The notes below the pieces were generated by a model. It was not told where the DNA came from and did not search any database. It was given only the letters and a program-made list of their open reading frames with translations. A stretch of 64,000 nucleotides of DNA from Podarcis muralis (taxonomy: Eukaryota), in NCBI RefSeq assembly GCF_964188315.1, contig NC_135656.1, positions 81,406,001-81,470,000 on the forward strand. The letters are read 5' to 3'. Both the position numbers and the translations under genes were made by a program. Positions 62,487-64,000 of the stretch are shown here, in pieces. The first letter of the stretch is position 1. Each line of letters starts with the position of its first letter.

Positions 62487-63502
62487 TGATACACTGCAGC
62501 TGCTGAAATGCCCTGTTTCTGCAGCTGTTAAAAGTGGAAGAGCCTGTCCTCATTACCTTTATTTTTCAGGACATGTGACTAGCATTAGTCAATATGACTA
62601 AAAAGGCAACATACTCATTTTATTCTCTAAAATAAGTAGCATTTTATTCTTCCAATCGTATTTTTATTTCATCTCTGCAGGAAATGTGACAGTTAATTGC
62701 TAATATTTCATTAAAAAACACATTCTAGAAAAAATGTTTAAAAAAATTCTAGAAATACTCAAATTTTCTTTTAATAAACATTTCATGCATTTCTTCAAAA
62801 ACAGCAACAGCTGGCCCTCCCTGTACCACTGTTTTTAAAAAAACAAACCTTTGCTCTTAATTTTCAGTATTATGCTATGGTCCTATTATACCCTGTGCAT
62901 AGTTCTAAAGAGTATCATTTTTGTTTCCTAGTACACATAATCACATTTTCTTGGCAATATATGATTAATTTTCAGTCAACTATGGCTACAAGTGTGCTGC
63001 TCTGCACTAACATTCTTTTTTGCTTGAGTACTTTGGTGACAGCTTCTCTTAAGGCTCCTTACCTTTGTCTGAAATTTACGGTCATTTATCCACCAGTGGA
63101 ATTTTTAATATGGCCCTGTCTGTTCAGTGGTTGTGTGTTAAATGCCAATAAACTGGCTAGAAAAGAGCTGAGAGACTAATTGCCTTTTATCTACAGTGTG
63201 ATGATTATCAGATGCGGGTGGGAGGAAAGACTCCTGCAGATTTAACAAGCTTAACTGACTACCATTTTAACATACTTTGTCTGTATGTATTTACTAATAA
63301 GCTAAAACTTTCAGAATGCTTTATTTTCCACACCATGCTGTTCAGATTTAAAATCGATGTTTTGCTTGCTTTGATGGAACTGGTGGTCTATCAGGTAATC
63401 ACTTCTTACACAGGTCTAGCTTTCAGCTGTACACAGCCTGAAACTAATGTGTCTGGAAATGTGAACCACTTCCCAGGTATACAGCTTCCTACCAGGTATA
63501 CC

Positions 63503-63930
63503 TAGTGATGTATGGAAGTGAGAGCTGGACCATAAAGAAGGCTGATCGCCAAATAATTGATGCTTTTGAATTATGGTGCTGGAGGAGACTCTTGAGAGTC
63601 CCATGGACTGCAAGAAGATCAAACCTATCCATTCTGAAGGAAATCAGCTCTGAGTGCTCACTGGAAGGACAGATCCTGAAGATGAGGCTCCAATACTTGG
63701 GCCACATCATGAGAAGAGAAGACTCCCTGGAAAAGACCCTGATGTTGGGAAAGATGGAGGGCACAGGGAGAAGGGGACGACAGAGGACGAGATGGTTGGA
63801 CAGTGTTCTTGAAGCTACCAGCATGAGTTTGACCAAACTGTGGGAGGCAGTGGAAGACAGGAGTGCCTGGCGTGCTCTGGTCCATGGGGTCATAAAGAGT
63901 TGGACACGACTAAACGACTAAACAACAACA
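63503..63930 (+). mobile_element. Bov-B (RTE clade) LINE, 5'-truncated
   Basis: Uninterrupted ORF2 C-terminus MYGSESWTIKKAD..FELWCWRRLLRVPWTARRSN..GRQRTRWLD; (AAC)n tail; perfect 12-bp TSD accaggtatacc. Confidence 0.97.
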
Positions 63931-64000
63931 ACCAGGTATACCAGCCCCAGCCTCCAGAATTATTTGGTGTGTTTGTGTCATGGGCAGGCTGCTCTTACAG

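Noticed and set aside
63489-63893. 134-aa minus-strand ORF
   Set aside because: It is the antisense shadow of the Bov-B ORF2.

Overview
Eukaryotic, AT-rich, repeat-dense DNA from a squamate reptile, probably a lacertid lizard. The assignment rests on Sauria SINEs, a Squam3-type SINE, Bov-B, L2 and Penelope-like remnants. I could not recognise any host protein-coding gene, tRNA, rRNA or CRISPR array, so the window reads as intronic or intergenic. Most listed ORFs are chance ORFs or repeat-derived. Supportable content: four Sauria SINEs, Squam3/MIR-like SINEs, L2, L1-like and Bov-B LINE fragments, four Tigger-like TA-TSD MITEs, several hAT MITEs with 8-bp TSDs, a ~120-bp palindromic MITE family, three or four solo-LTR-like elements and two Penelope-like termini. 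One of those termini forms a long inverted repeat carrying a minimal hammerhead ribozyme motif. The most unusual observations are three. (1) The solo LTRs each carry a decayed ORF that starts at or near the LTR's first bases, with an acidic, Ser/Pro, basic layout in most copies. (2) The hammerhead-containing palindrome has one intact core and one broken core. (3) A 1.1-kb MITE has an interior built from tandem GC-rich hairpins. A phase-compatible chain of minus-strand candidate exons is given only as a weak hypothesis. All coordinates were read by eye; degenerate repeat boundaries are approximate.
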